Positions 38,301 to 49,000 of a DNA stretch of 64,000 nucleotides are shown in pieces (positions within the stretch are counted from its first letter, which is position 1; each line of letters opens with the position of its first letter). Position numbers and translations under genes: made by a program. The notes under the pieces are model-generated. The model was given only the letters and a program-made list of their open reading frames with translations. It was not told the DNA's origin and did not search any database. Source of the DNA: a virus; the IMG/VR virus record IMGVR_UViG_3300045988_117192, positions 1 to 64,000 of that record; one strand, written 5' to 3'.

Positions 38301-41300
38301 TAAACAAGAAGCTAGACGTATTGCTGAAAAGTTTATGACAAATGATGGTAGTAAAGGTAATGTAACTGCTTCTGAATTTTTAGATGCTTTAGATGTATTT
38401 AATTTTTCTAATAGAACTAATCAAAGTCTTTATGAATATGTTACAAATATAATTGATATGTATAAAATGAGTCGTAATCAGCAAAGAGCTGAAGACACTC
38501 TAGAAGATGAGACAAGTTCTACAGAAAATCAAGAACAGATTACAGACACTGAAAATCAAAACTTGAATAATCCACCACAACCAAATAAAGAAAACGACAC
38601 AGACCAAGCAAATGGGCAAAATCAACCTATAGCACCATCATCAGAGCAACAAGAAAACCAAAACAAAGGTAAAAAGAGTAATGTTACATTTAATATTAAT
38701 AATAAAGGTAATATTGTATCTATTAAACATACTGGTAAATCCAATTCTTCTACTGCTAAAGTTATAGATAATGGAGATGGAACATATACTCTTGATATTA
38801 GTTCTAAACCTAAAAATGCACAACTTAGATATGTTATAGGAGGCTTATTTGATGGAAGTGTTGATTTAATTGATGTAGATGCTGATTGGGTTATTAGTAA
38901 AAATCCTATAGTTAAACGTAAAGGTAATGATTATATTATAATAGAAAAAGGTAAAATTAGAACTACTAAATATAATAATATAGATGAAGAAGAATATCAA
39001 TCTTTTAAGGAATTAGTTGACAGTGATGAAAATTTTAAAAATGATTTATTAAATAATCCTGATAGTGTTAGAACTACTGTTCTAGAAGTTTTAGATACAA
39101 CAGATGAAGATAAAGCTAATAGCTATATAGAACGTTATCTTGATGAAAATAAAGTTGATTCTAACTCCCCCGTAGAAGAAAGTGATGATACTTTTTTAAG
39201 TGATGGCCAAGATACTAATCAAAGTACTCAAGGTACTCAAGATACTAATCAAGGTACTCAAGAAGGTTCTAATAATCAAACACCACAAAACTCTTCTACG
39301 GGGGAGCAAGAGTCTAACTCTAGGATAAGTCCTACTACTACTCCTGCTACAACTAATGAACCTGGAAGTACAAATACTCCTTCTACTAGTACTACTAATA
39401 ATAAAACTAATGAAGATTTAGATGAGATTAGAAGAGGTATAGCTCAAACATTTGGAAAATATATTCCAGATATGAGAGTTAAAGATATAAATTTTGATGA
39501 AATTAGTAATAAAGTTGAAAAAGAACTTCTAGATATTAAAGATAGAGTTGGTTTAAGTGAAGAAGAAATTAAAGTTGAAGTAGCTAGACAAAAGCAAATG
39601 TTGAAAGATGCTCATGATAAACTTATGAGTTTACAAAGTAAACTTGCTCAAAATGGTGCTAATTTAGCTTTTGCTTCTAAACTTGAAGAAGTTGATACTA
39701 CTGATTTTAGTTTAATGTTTACTAATGCTGTGGAAGCTTTTATGTCTGAATATAAAAAGATAGTAGTTACACCTACAGTTGATGGTAGACAAGTTGTTAG
39801 ATTAGAAGATATTTTAAGAATTTGTAATAATGTTTATCCTACATCTGATATTAGTGTTGCTAAATCGATGTATAATGTTATTTATAATTATCTTAGAAGT
39901 CCTATTGGTCAAGCTAAATATTTAACTATTGATTTAAATAATGGTAATAAAGTATTAGATAATATTACTAAAACTACTGAACAACTTCAAAAAGAAGTTG
40001 ATGAACAATATGATCCTTTTAGAGTTAATATTAATGATTTTATAGAACAGGCTTTAATAAGTAATGATGATGTTAAAGATGAATATTTTAAAGCTTTAAA
40101 TTCATTGAATACAGGTGATGAACTTGATATGCTTGCAACTGATAGAGAATTAATATTTAGACATGGAAATGTTACTATAGGTAATATGCCTAAACCTAAA
40201 ATTAAAGGTGATACTTTTATTCAAATAAATGAAGGTTGGATTACCGATGTTAAATTAGATAATAAAGGTGATGTTGTAAGTTCTCTTAAACCTATATTTG
40301 AAGATATATTTTTAACAGATACTAGTGCTCATAAAGCTTTAAGAGAATTATTAATAAAAAATGCTATACTTGATAGAGGAAGTGAAAATTATAAAACTGA
40401 ATTTGATAGTTTAGTTAAATCTTTTAGTAATAATTTTGTTATTAAACAATTAGTTGAACAAGCTAGAAAAGATAAAGCTAAAGGTGAACATAAAATATTT
40501 ATTAATGATGCCAGTGGTATAATAGACTATGATAGATTATTAAATCATCTTACTAAACTTTGGAATTATACTCAAGCAGGAAATAATGCAAATAGTAAAA
40601 CCGAAGCTGAAGATAACATTAGAATTAGTTTAAATAGATGGTTTAATAATTTATATAAAACTTATAATACTACTTATAATATAACTAAAGATAGTAAAGT
40701 CAAAATTACAAAATTAAATGAAGGTCAAATTAATAGAGCTGTAGAAAAAGATGATTTAAATACTGTAGAAAATTATGATAAATTACCTTTAGTTAGAGAT
40801 GCTGTAGCAAAAAAATTTAAATGTAAATTAGGTATTGTTGAAACAAAAGAAACATATATTGATATAGCTGGAGATAATGCTTTTAATGTAAAAAAATGGA
40901 CAGCTAATAGTACATTAATTGCTGTATTTAGTAAAAATGAATTACCTGATTATATTAAAGCTATTGGTGTAAAATTATCTGAAGCTAAAAGTTTAGGTAA
41001 TAATAGTATAGTAGGTTCTATAGCTAGAGCTTCTATGATACATTTACAAGAAACTTTTCAAGAATATATAGATAAAAAAGGTTTTGGTGATATAAATAAA
41101 ATAGAAGATGTAATAAGAAGTATTATAGCTATTGTAGGTGATGAAGATAGAATACCTTTATTTAGAGCTATTTCTGGTAAATTTTTTATAGAAGACATAA
41201 ATGCTCCAAATAGTAATGCTAGAGGTATAAGTATAGTTTATAAAGGTAATAACAGAGAATTTAGACGTTTTAGAATTTATACTAATAATAAATATAATAA

Positions 41301-43008
41301 TTCTAATTTTGGTTATAAAGATACTAAAACTAATGAAACTAGTTATTTAGGTGATAAAAATAAAAATGATATAGCTTTTAATGCTGCTTTAGCTTTTTCA
41401 AGATTTATAGCAGATACTTGTAATATAAATATAAGTCGTAAAGGTATTATAAATGATAATACAAAAGCTGATATAAATAAAGGTTTTATTACTAGAAAAG
41501 ATGGTAAATTTAATATTGATATAATTAATAAAACTAAAAATAGTTTTAATCAAGAATTTGATAGTTATAATGATTATATTATTAAAGGAAACCTTATAAG
41601 AGTTAATACTAAAATAGGTGAAAACGGCAGTAATTTTACAAGAAAAGGAAATAAACAAACAGCAAATCAAATTTTATATGTATCTTTACCAACAGTAAAT
41701 GATAATAATAAAAAACTATCTACAACAAATAAAGATATTCAACCCACTTCAGATGCTGATACATTCAATAAAGTAAGACAAATTACAGAAACTAATAAAA
41801 TATCTGTTGGATTAGAAATATTTCAAACTATATTAGGTGATGAAGCTTATAATCAGTTTAAAGAAATATCTGAAGATTTTAACATATTAAATGATATTCT
41901 TCCTAAAAGAATTATGTTTGATGCTAAAATGATAGATAAACAAACTGGTAATAAACGTAGTCCTATTATTGTAACTAAAGTAAATAGAATATCTGATGTT
42001 TACGATAAAAAACAAAAGAAAATAGTTAGAAAAAATGTACTTTATGATGATTATCATAAAAAAGTAAATGGTGAACGTATTACTGCAAATATTCCAGCTT
42101 CAGAAGTTATGGTTATCGGTAATTACTTTTTAAATCAAGCTTCTTCTAATGAATTAAGCAAACGTAAAGAAATTATTAGAAAATTAATTCATGAACAATT
42201 ACATGTAAATTTTGAAAATAAAGGTATTGTTAGTTTTAAAACTATGACCGAAGTTGCTGAAATTTATGAAGAATTTAATAAACATTTAAAAGAAGATTTA
42301 AATAATTGTGATAAAAATAGTAATAAATATAAAGTTCTTAAATCTATAGATTTTTCTACTACAGGTTATAAAGATGATCGTTTAATAGAAGAATTTATAG
42401 TTGAAAGTCTTACTAATCAAACTCTTTTTAAATATCTTAATAGTATTCAAGTTGAAGATGGTAAAGATAATAAAAAAGAAGATACTTTATTTACTAAAAT
42501 CGCAAAAGTTATAGCTAAATTCTTTGGTTGGAATATAGAAGATAATTCTCTTTATATGAAAGAACTCAACGTTCTTAGAAATTTAACAAGTCGTAAAGAA
42601 GGTGAACCATTAGATAAAAATGATAATATAAAAGAAACAAATGATAGTGTTAATAATGAAACTTCTGAAGATAATAAAACTTTAAAAGATAATAAAGATT
42701 CAGAAAATAACAAAGATAGTAAAGATGATGAAAATAATGAAGTAGATACTAGTGAAGGTTTTGATATAAATTCTATAAACGAAGATTTAGATTTAGATTT
42801 AGATGATGATTATGATGAAGATGATGATTATGATGATAATAATACTAAAAAAGCTTATGGTGCTACTATTGAAGAAGTTAATGTTGATAATGAAGGTTTT
42901 AAACCAATAGTTAATCTTGATGTATTCCAAAGTAGATTACCAAATCATTTACAATCTAAATTTAAGCACTTAGCGAGCCAAGGTTGGTTTGAAATTAAGT
43001 GCAAGTAG
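35365..43008 (+). CDS. giant virion-associated protein (2547 aa), putative ejected/cargo or tail-tip protein
   Basis: An uninterrupted 7.6-kb ORF. It contains two in-frame motif copies (39162-39180 reverse, 39291-39310 forward) that flank a tandem-duplicated Q/T/N-rich segment. The C-terminal tail is acidic (DEDLDLDLDDDYDEDDDYDD). Confidence 0.6.
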   Translation: MDVQSVFNAGGTVIKNPSYTKKNGQPEYITVADLNNPVIPEGSKTADIMYQAAAQGNQDILGRNGELDKYIERGITPTDKNIPTLDKMLADSQSAIAKWFNGLSQAVVSEVGLGTLKGFTDLFDFVTSKILHLTEDDYQNSASTAIQEWQDYFDNNIAPIYRDESLNIQNGGFKDAGWWASNLPSVASTLTLLFPAKGISSVGKWIGKTTNLGKAASKARRWATGVNEIQDANRLNKLQIALNNPLNITKANKAAESITEGLLMRTMENYQEARDTNIQMYQEASDKLNSMSDNDYKAWIEKNKNIFDKDLDVNNRDKVAKAIAKKAADRTFSMDFSNVIFDIMQLHGLKNIGKGVKDASGRIVNEAQKTSLTAAKAFAKGGTESAKKAVEEAAKKPLYKRFGQGILDYGKYNAKTILEEATEGIEEAVNYIAQQEGLTYGKAILEGNAKDYRATTGINSYLTLGIPNIISTWSNRQGEIHEYMKTPELQESAFWGVLGGVVFHNVGSALNKGKLALYRKAQEKARATNSTTGESISDANGWFNLLELPEDKAARVAIEKRIARLEQVSSDLKNIENDIDIFGQKAEDGTLPKFDGDVETKKALARRRIEAEFKANIAMDAMNSGTYKQLIDYFKSDEVKQAMVSAGLAKQENIDSYTEETVKDLEDIKNLYARQSTHVLNQIAALNASKKYDQTIPLEYAQIIAKRNVDRLLNIKQLDRQIADVESLAAEQEAITRETNPDVLFDEAKNTTKLASLIDMYGRLTYEGKEIDKAIEEQGANYKLDRQKEKNNRQKEFIINGIKQTTLAGNDAGLSAVFAAVKYGRSYRKADDGTYYQDKKAFEETDEQILKEAKSIYDDDSSNLSDDTIIQSAKSMLSNVDNILGKKGLANVNSTLLSHYVTIGQLKLQQDIERSQISSTQTQIQDDVDWEHNNLNEARAKMIDLATSTVIKALKQYDGILTDNYDNLIDTVYKMYSQDKQEARRIAEKFMTNDGSKGNVTASEFLDALDVFNFSNRTNQSLYEYVTNIIDMYKMSRNQQRAEDTLEDETSSTENQEQITDTENQNLNNPPQPNKENDTDQANGQNQPIAPSSEQQENQNKGKKSNVTFNINNKGNIVSIKHTGKSNSSTAKVIDNGDGTYTLDISSKPKNAQLRYVIGGLFDGSVDLIDVDADWVISKNPIVKRKGNDYIIIEKGKIRTTKYNNIDEEEYQSFKELVDSDENFKNDLLNNPDSVRTTVLEVLDTTDEDKANSYIERYLDENKVDSNSPVEESDDTFLSDGQDTNQSTQGTQDTNQGTQEGSNNQTPQNSSTGEQESNSRISPTTTPATTNEPGSTNTPSTSTTNNKTNEDLDEIRRGIAQTFGKYIPDMRVKDINFDEISNKVEKELLDIKDRVGLSEEEIKVEVARQKQMLKDAHDKLMSLQSKLAQNGANLAFASKLEEVDTTDFSLMFTNAVEAFMSEYKKIVVTPTVDGRQVVRLEDILRICNNVYPTSDISVAKSMYNVIYNYLRSPIGQAKYLTIDLNNGNKVLDNITKTTEQLQKEVDEQYDPFRVNINDFIEQALISNDDVKDEYFKALNSLNTGDELDMLATDRELIFRHGNVTIGNMPKPKIKGDTFIQINEGWITDVKLDNKGDVVSSLKPIFEDIFLTDTSAHKALRELLIKNAILDRGSENYKTEFDSLVKSFSNNFVIKQLVEQARKDKAKGEHKIFINDASGIIDYDRLLNHLTKLWNYTQAGNNANSKTEAEDNIRISLNRWFNNLYKTYNTTYNITKDSKVKITKLNEGQINRAVEKDDLNTVENYDKLPLVRDAVAKKFKCKLGIVETKETYIDIAGDNAFNVKKWTANSTLIAVFSKNELPDYIKAIGVKLSEAKSLGNNSIVGSIARASMIHLQETFQEYIDKKGFGDINKIEDVIRSIIAIVGDEDRIPLFRAISGKFFIEDINAPNSNARGISIVYKGNNREFRRFRIYTNNKYNNSNFGYKDTKTNETSYLGDKNKNDIAFNAALAFSRFIADTCNINISRKGIINDNTKADINKGFITRKDGKFNIDIINKTKNSFNQEFDSYNDYIIKGNLIRVNTKIGENGSNFTRKGNKQTANQILYVSLPTVNDNNKKLSTTNKDIQPTSDADTFNKVRQITETNKISVGLEIFQTILGDEAYNQFKEISEDFNILNDILPKRIMFDAKMIDKQTGNKRSPIIVTKVNRISDVYDKKQKKIVRKNVLYDDYHKKVNGERITANIPASEVMVIGNYFLNQASSNELSKRKEIIRKLIHEQLHVNFENKGIVSFKTMTEVAEIYEEFNKHLKEDLNNCDKNSNKYKVLKSIDFSTTGYKDDRLIEEFIVESLTNQTLFKYLNSIQVEDGKDNKKEDTLFTKIAKVIAKFFGWNIEDNSLYMKELNVLRNLTSRKEGEPLDKNDNIKETNDSVNNETSEDNKTLKDNKDSENNKDSKDDENNEVDTSEGFDINSINEDLDLDLDDDYDEDDDYDDNNTKKAYGATIEEVNVDNEGFKPIVNLDVFQSRLPNHLQSKFKHLASQGWFEIKCK
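39162..39180 (-). repeat. dispersed motif copy 8 (reverse variant TAACTCCCCCGTAGAAGAA)
   Basis: Direct read. In-frame in the 2547-aa gene (NSPVEES). Confidence 0.85.
39291..39310 (+). repeat. dispersed motif copy 9 (forward variant CTCTTCTACGGGGGAGCAAG)
   Basis: Direct read. Forms an inverted pair with copy 8; the two bound a 148-bp segment containing a tandem 30-nt duplication. Confidence 0.85.
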
Positions 43009-43074
43009 AATTATAAAGCTATAAAAATAAAATCGCTTAAAACGAAAATAAACTTATAATAAAACTTTTAATAT

Positions 43075-46000
43075 ATGAATTGTTTTGCTCGTATATCTAG
43101 TTCTAAAACTGGTAATGAACTTAGAAAATTAATTGGTGATAATGATGTTCTTTTTACAACTATGCTTCTTGAAGCTTCGGATGTAAATGGTTTTACTGAA
43201 GATTTTCAAAAAGTATATAAAGAATCTAATAAGGGTGCTATTGCACCTTTATTAGATCCTAAAACTAAACCTCAAGCTTCTAAAATAGCTAAGGCTATTT
43301 ATAATTATTATTATAAAAAACATCCTAGTATAGATAGTACTGTAAGAAATCAAGATAGTGATAACAATACTACTCTTTTTGGTTATAGTAGTATTTTTAA
43401 TAGAGAAAAAGGTAAGGCTCATGTAGCTACTTTTATTCTTGATACTTTTAATAATCTTCAAAATAGTGGAGCAGAACTTAAAAAGAATAAATTAGAATAT
43501 TATCGTAAACAAGCTAAAAAAGCATGGCTTAATATGATATTTGATTCTATTTCTAAACGTGATAATAAAAAGGTTGATGATTTAAAAAAAGAATATAAGA
43601 ATGCTGAAGATAAAGCTTCTTATATAAATGAATTACTTGGAGGTAATGAAAAGAATATTACTTATAGTAATTATTATGCTGTATATCAAGAATTATTTGC
43701 TTCAGATAAAACATCTCTTAATTATATAAATGAAGTATTTACTAATCCTAATTTAGCTGATGTATATCATCAAATTAAAGGAGATTTAGATGAAGAAAAT
43801 TCTAAATTAGGAGCACAAGGTAATGAAGAATTAAATGGTAAAAATCCTGAAGGTTCTGAAGTTAATGACGTAGAATTAGATACTAGTATTACTACTTTAA
43901 ATAATCATATCGGAGTTTATACTTCCTTTATGACTCATGTAGGTCCTCGTATTAGAAATTATTTTAATACTTTAAGAAAACTTGCTAGTCCTACTATAGG
44001 TGATTTTGATACTAGTAATGATTATGGTATTGCTGAAACTATGGATGCTAATGCCTGTTCATCTATGCTTTATAATCAAGCTACATTTCATAATGTAGAT
44101 GATATGATTAAGAGTATTCAACATATAGGTCAAACTGTTTCAGGTTTTGAAGCTTTTGTTAAACTAGCTAAAGATCTAGAAGATAATCCAGATTTTGCTA
44201 CAGAAATGTTTACTGTATTTGCTAAAACTAAAATAGATAAACTTGAAACTGTAGTTAAAGATGGTATGCCTATTACTAGAATATCTAATGCTTCAGCAAC
44301 TCCTAGAAATGTATTAGTTTTTGACTTACGTAATGATATTAAAGGTGTTATTAGAGATAATAATGCTTTTGTTATTGCAAGTTATATTAAAGTATTAGAT
44401 GATAATACAGACGAAGCTTTAAAGAATATTAAAAAACTTTCTGATAAAAATTATTCAGAAAAAGATAAAATTAATTTTAAAAATAAAGCTGATAATACTT
44501 TAGGTAAAGCTAAACAAGAAATTATAAGATTAATAAAAACATATTATCCTTCTGTTCAAGATGCAGCTATATTATCTTATATAGAAATGAATAATAATGC
44601 TGCTGGTAATACTAAAATACAATTAGAAAATATACAAGCTCTTTCAAAAGATATAAACGATGCTTGTAAAGCTACTGATAGAAGTTATAATGCTTTACAA
44701 CAGATGACTATACGAGCTGCTAAAATTAAAGAAAATAATGATAATTTGGATAAAGCTCGTAAAAGAGGTGAAATAATTGATTTTAACGAATATCAAAACG
44801 AAAAGAGCGTATATTCTGATGATTTTATTGAACCTCAAGATGCTAGTATTCAAAAAATAGTAAACAAATTATTACCTTATAGTATTATTAATACACAACT
44901 TAATTCTCGTAATATTCATGGTAATAATACTTCTAACATTATCAATAATAGTTTAATTACTCAAATTGATAAAATGTTAAAAGATAATTATGAAGAAAGA
45001 GTATATGATGCTAATGGAAAATTTCTTTATACTAGAATACGTAATAAAACATTAGAGGCTTGGGGTCTTGAAAAACTTAGAAGTAAACAATATAAATATA
45101 GTAATATTCTATTAGAACAAACTGATGAAAATGGTAAAGTTTTAAATAGAGGTATTTTTAAATATGTAAATGGTCAATTAGTTATATCTGAAAATGCAGA
45201 AAATCTTATTAAATTAAGATTATTTGATGGTGCTGGAAATATGGATAATAATACTAATCTTTCTTATTCTGAAATGACTAGTGGTGATTATCTTCCAACA
45301 GATTTTATTAATTTCTTTAATACTAAAACTAATGAAATCAAAGATGTTGCTAATTATTTTCTTCGTACACCATCTGATGCTCCTAAAACTTTTACTATAA
45401 GAGCACCTAAATATAATACTCATGATTTATTTACTGTAGAAGATAAAGAAAGTTTTAATGATACAATAAATGATATAGTTAAAACTCATGCTAATGTATT
45501 AACTGCTGAAGATTATAATAATAAATATCGTCCCGATTCTAAGAATTTTTATTTTTCTAAACTTCAAACTTATAATATAGAAAATTATTTAACTCCAACA
45601 GAAAATACAACTATTCCTATAACAGATGTACGTTCTATTAAAAAAATAGAAGGTACTGAAAAAGAAGATGGTAGTTATGAAGCTTATGTTACTTATGGTG
45701 ATGACAAAACAGGTGACATAGTAGTTGTAAAAGGTACTATTGAAAAAACTAAATCACAAAAAGGTTATCATCTTATAAATGTTTCTTATGAGGGTACCTT
45801 TAATAACACAAAAAATTATGAAAATGGTATTCCTACTAATGTAAGTAGTTATTTAACTAAATATTATCATACTGAATTATTAAAACATGATATTACTATA
45901 AATGATAAAACATGGACTAAAGCTGAACAAATAGTAAATGTCAATCATCCTGTTTATAAAATGATTAAAAATCAATTTAAACAAGAAATGCTTGATGCTG

Positions 46001-49000
46001 CTGTAGCTTTGTCTCATTATTTTAATTTTAGACAAGATGAAGATGGTTATTATAGTATAGAACTTAAAAAACTTCCAAATGATGAAATTTCTAAAGAACC
46101 AAAGTTCAAAGAAGGTATGTCTAATACTAAAGGTTATAAATTTTATCATTTAGGTTCTAATGGTACTGTTTTAGAAAAAAATGGAGAAGGTTTTAAACTT
46201 GCTGGTAATGTGTTTCATAGTAATAAGTTTACTTTAGCTGTTGAAAGTGCAGATGGTACTATTAGTAAAAAAAATTATCTAGATGAAATTATAAGTAATG
46301 ATTTAGATAAAAGATATGATGGTTCAATCAATCTTCTCTACGGGGGAGCTATGAGGATAGTAGCTACTCTAGAAGAAGATGGTAATTATAATGTAGAAGA
46401 TGTTATTTTTAGTGATCTTCAACAAGAGAAAATAAATAAAGCTCTTTCAGATTTTCTTACAGAATATCAAAAACAAGCTATTAATAAAATAGATAGTTAT
46501 AAAAACTTTATTCAAGGAGTTGATATTACTAGTGAAAATATAACAAGTTTTGCTATTAATAATCTTCTAATGCACTATAATTATGATGAATTATTTGAAG
46601 GTAATACTAAATTTTATAAAGATAGTCAAACTATTTTAAAACGTGCTAAAGAATATCAAGGTTCTGGTGTACCTTATGGTATTGCTAATTATAATATTTT
46701 TAATAATGAAGATTTATCTGATGTAACAAAACATTCATTTCTTAATAATGGCACTATAGAAGAAACTAGTAAAGATTCTGAAGGTAAAGAAATAATTAAT
46801 AAAGTTAGTATTCAAGATTTATTTAAAGGTACTTTATTTGAAGGTACTACTCAACGATATGGTTTTAGAGGTGTTACCATTAAAAATACTCAACGTACAA
46901 ATGTATCTGCTCTTGAAGAACTTGTTAAAAAACTTGTAAAAGATTCAAAAATAGATGAAGAAGCTGCTAGAGAAATTCTTTTTGGTCCTATTGTAATTAA
47001 AAATGGTAAAATAGTTAGAGATAAAGAAGGAAATCCTGTTCGTAAAGGTGGTTTTACTGAAACTAAAGTTAATGATGCTCAATCTTATATAACTGTTCAA
47101 GAATGGGTTCGTCGTATTTCAGCTCGTGGACAACTTCAACGCTATCTTCCTTTAATAAAAAAAATAATTGAAGCTGATAAAAATCCTGATATTAAGCTTG
47201 ATGCTAAGACCATTAAAGAATTTGTTCAAGTACAAAAAAATTTTTATTATGATATGCATTATGATAAAAATTATGGTATTTATGTTCCTCGTCAAATTAA
47301 AAATGCTGAATTTGTACTTATACCTAGTCTTATAAAAGGTACACAACTTGAATATGTGTATAATATGATGAGAGAAGGCAATATTGACCAACTTAATACT
47401 ATTGAAACTAGTAAAGCAGCTAATGAAGAAGTTCTTACTATTTGGGATAATGATGCTAAAATTAAAGGTTTAGATGGTGTTGTTGATGAAGATGAAATAG
47501 CTAAAGCTACTAGTAAGTATGCTAGACAACTTGAAGAAAATGCTCAAATATATTCTTATAATAATTTATATACTCAGCAAGAAACACCTCAACATATGAA
47601 TGCTGAAAATAAAGCTGGTATTCAACTTATGAAGAAATTGGTTGATAATCTTCCTGATGATGATAGTGATCTTGGTAAACTTAAAAAAGAATATTTTAAA
47701 TTATTTACTCGCAATATAGAAGAATCTTTTACTGATTTACTTGATAATTTTGAAATTCCTTATGATGAAAATGGTAATATTGAATTAGATGATCTTAATC
47801 ATATTAAAAATGTTAATCTAAAAGTTTTTTATAATAAACTTAAAGAAGAATTAATGCGTACAGGAATTGATAGTAACTTAAATGATTATGTTACTATTCC
47901 TGAAGGTTCTAGTATACCTAGTATGCCTGCTGCTCTTATGAACAATGTTCTTACTAAGTTTGAATCTGTTGTTCAAAGTTTATTTAATAATAATATTACT
48001 AGACAAAAACTTCCAGGTTTTCATGCTGCTCAAATTACAAATGTTGGTTGGAGTCCTTTAAATGAAACTATAGAAGATGTTAGTTACAATAAAACTTTAA
48101 AATATCATCCTGAAGGTGAACCTTATATTGAAGTAATGCTTCCAGCATCATTTTTAGGAATAAACAAAAATGATGAGCATTATAAAAATATGACAAATAA
48201 AGAAATTATAGCTGAACTTGAAGCTAAAGGTTTAGATATGATTATTGGTTATCGTATTCCTACTGAAGGCAAACAATCAGTATGTAATATGAAAGTTGTT
48301 GGTATAACTGATGATGCTTTTGGTTCTACTATTGTTGTTCCTGATGATTGGGTTTCTCAAACAGGTTCTGACTTTGATATTGATAGTGTTTATGGTATTC
48401 AATTTGAAACTTATAAAACTAAATCTGGTGAAGTATTTCCTGTAGAATATAAGGAAGCTAAAAATAGAACTAAATATGATTGGTTTAATTATATTCTTAA
48501 ATTTGCAAAAGATGATAGTTTAGATCCTAATGTTAAAAGTAAAATAGTTGATGCTAAAAATAAAATAAAATCTGAACTTCAAACTGAATTAAATAAATTA
48601 CAAAATGAAGAAAAAGAAGTTTGGAATAAATTTGATAAAAATGCTCAAAAGATTATTAAACAACGTCAAGATAAAATAACTCAAGCTATAAAAAAACAAG
48701 GTCTTGAAGGCGAAGATGCTTATCATTATAGACTTACTAAACTTATTAGTTTTTTAAATAATACTAAAAAAACTGCTAAAAATAAAAATACTAATTTTAT
48801 TAAAATAATTGATGAAACTATACCTACTATTAAAGCTATTGATGATTTTATAATAACTCAAGAAGGTAAATATAATGAAAAAAGTAAAAAAAGAATAGAT
48901 AGTATTCTTAATGAAAAACTTGATACATTTAATAATGCTGCTAAAAATGGTGGACTTCTTACATTAGATGACTATCTTAAATCTGAAAATGATTTAAAAG

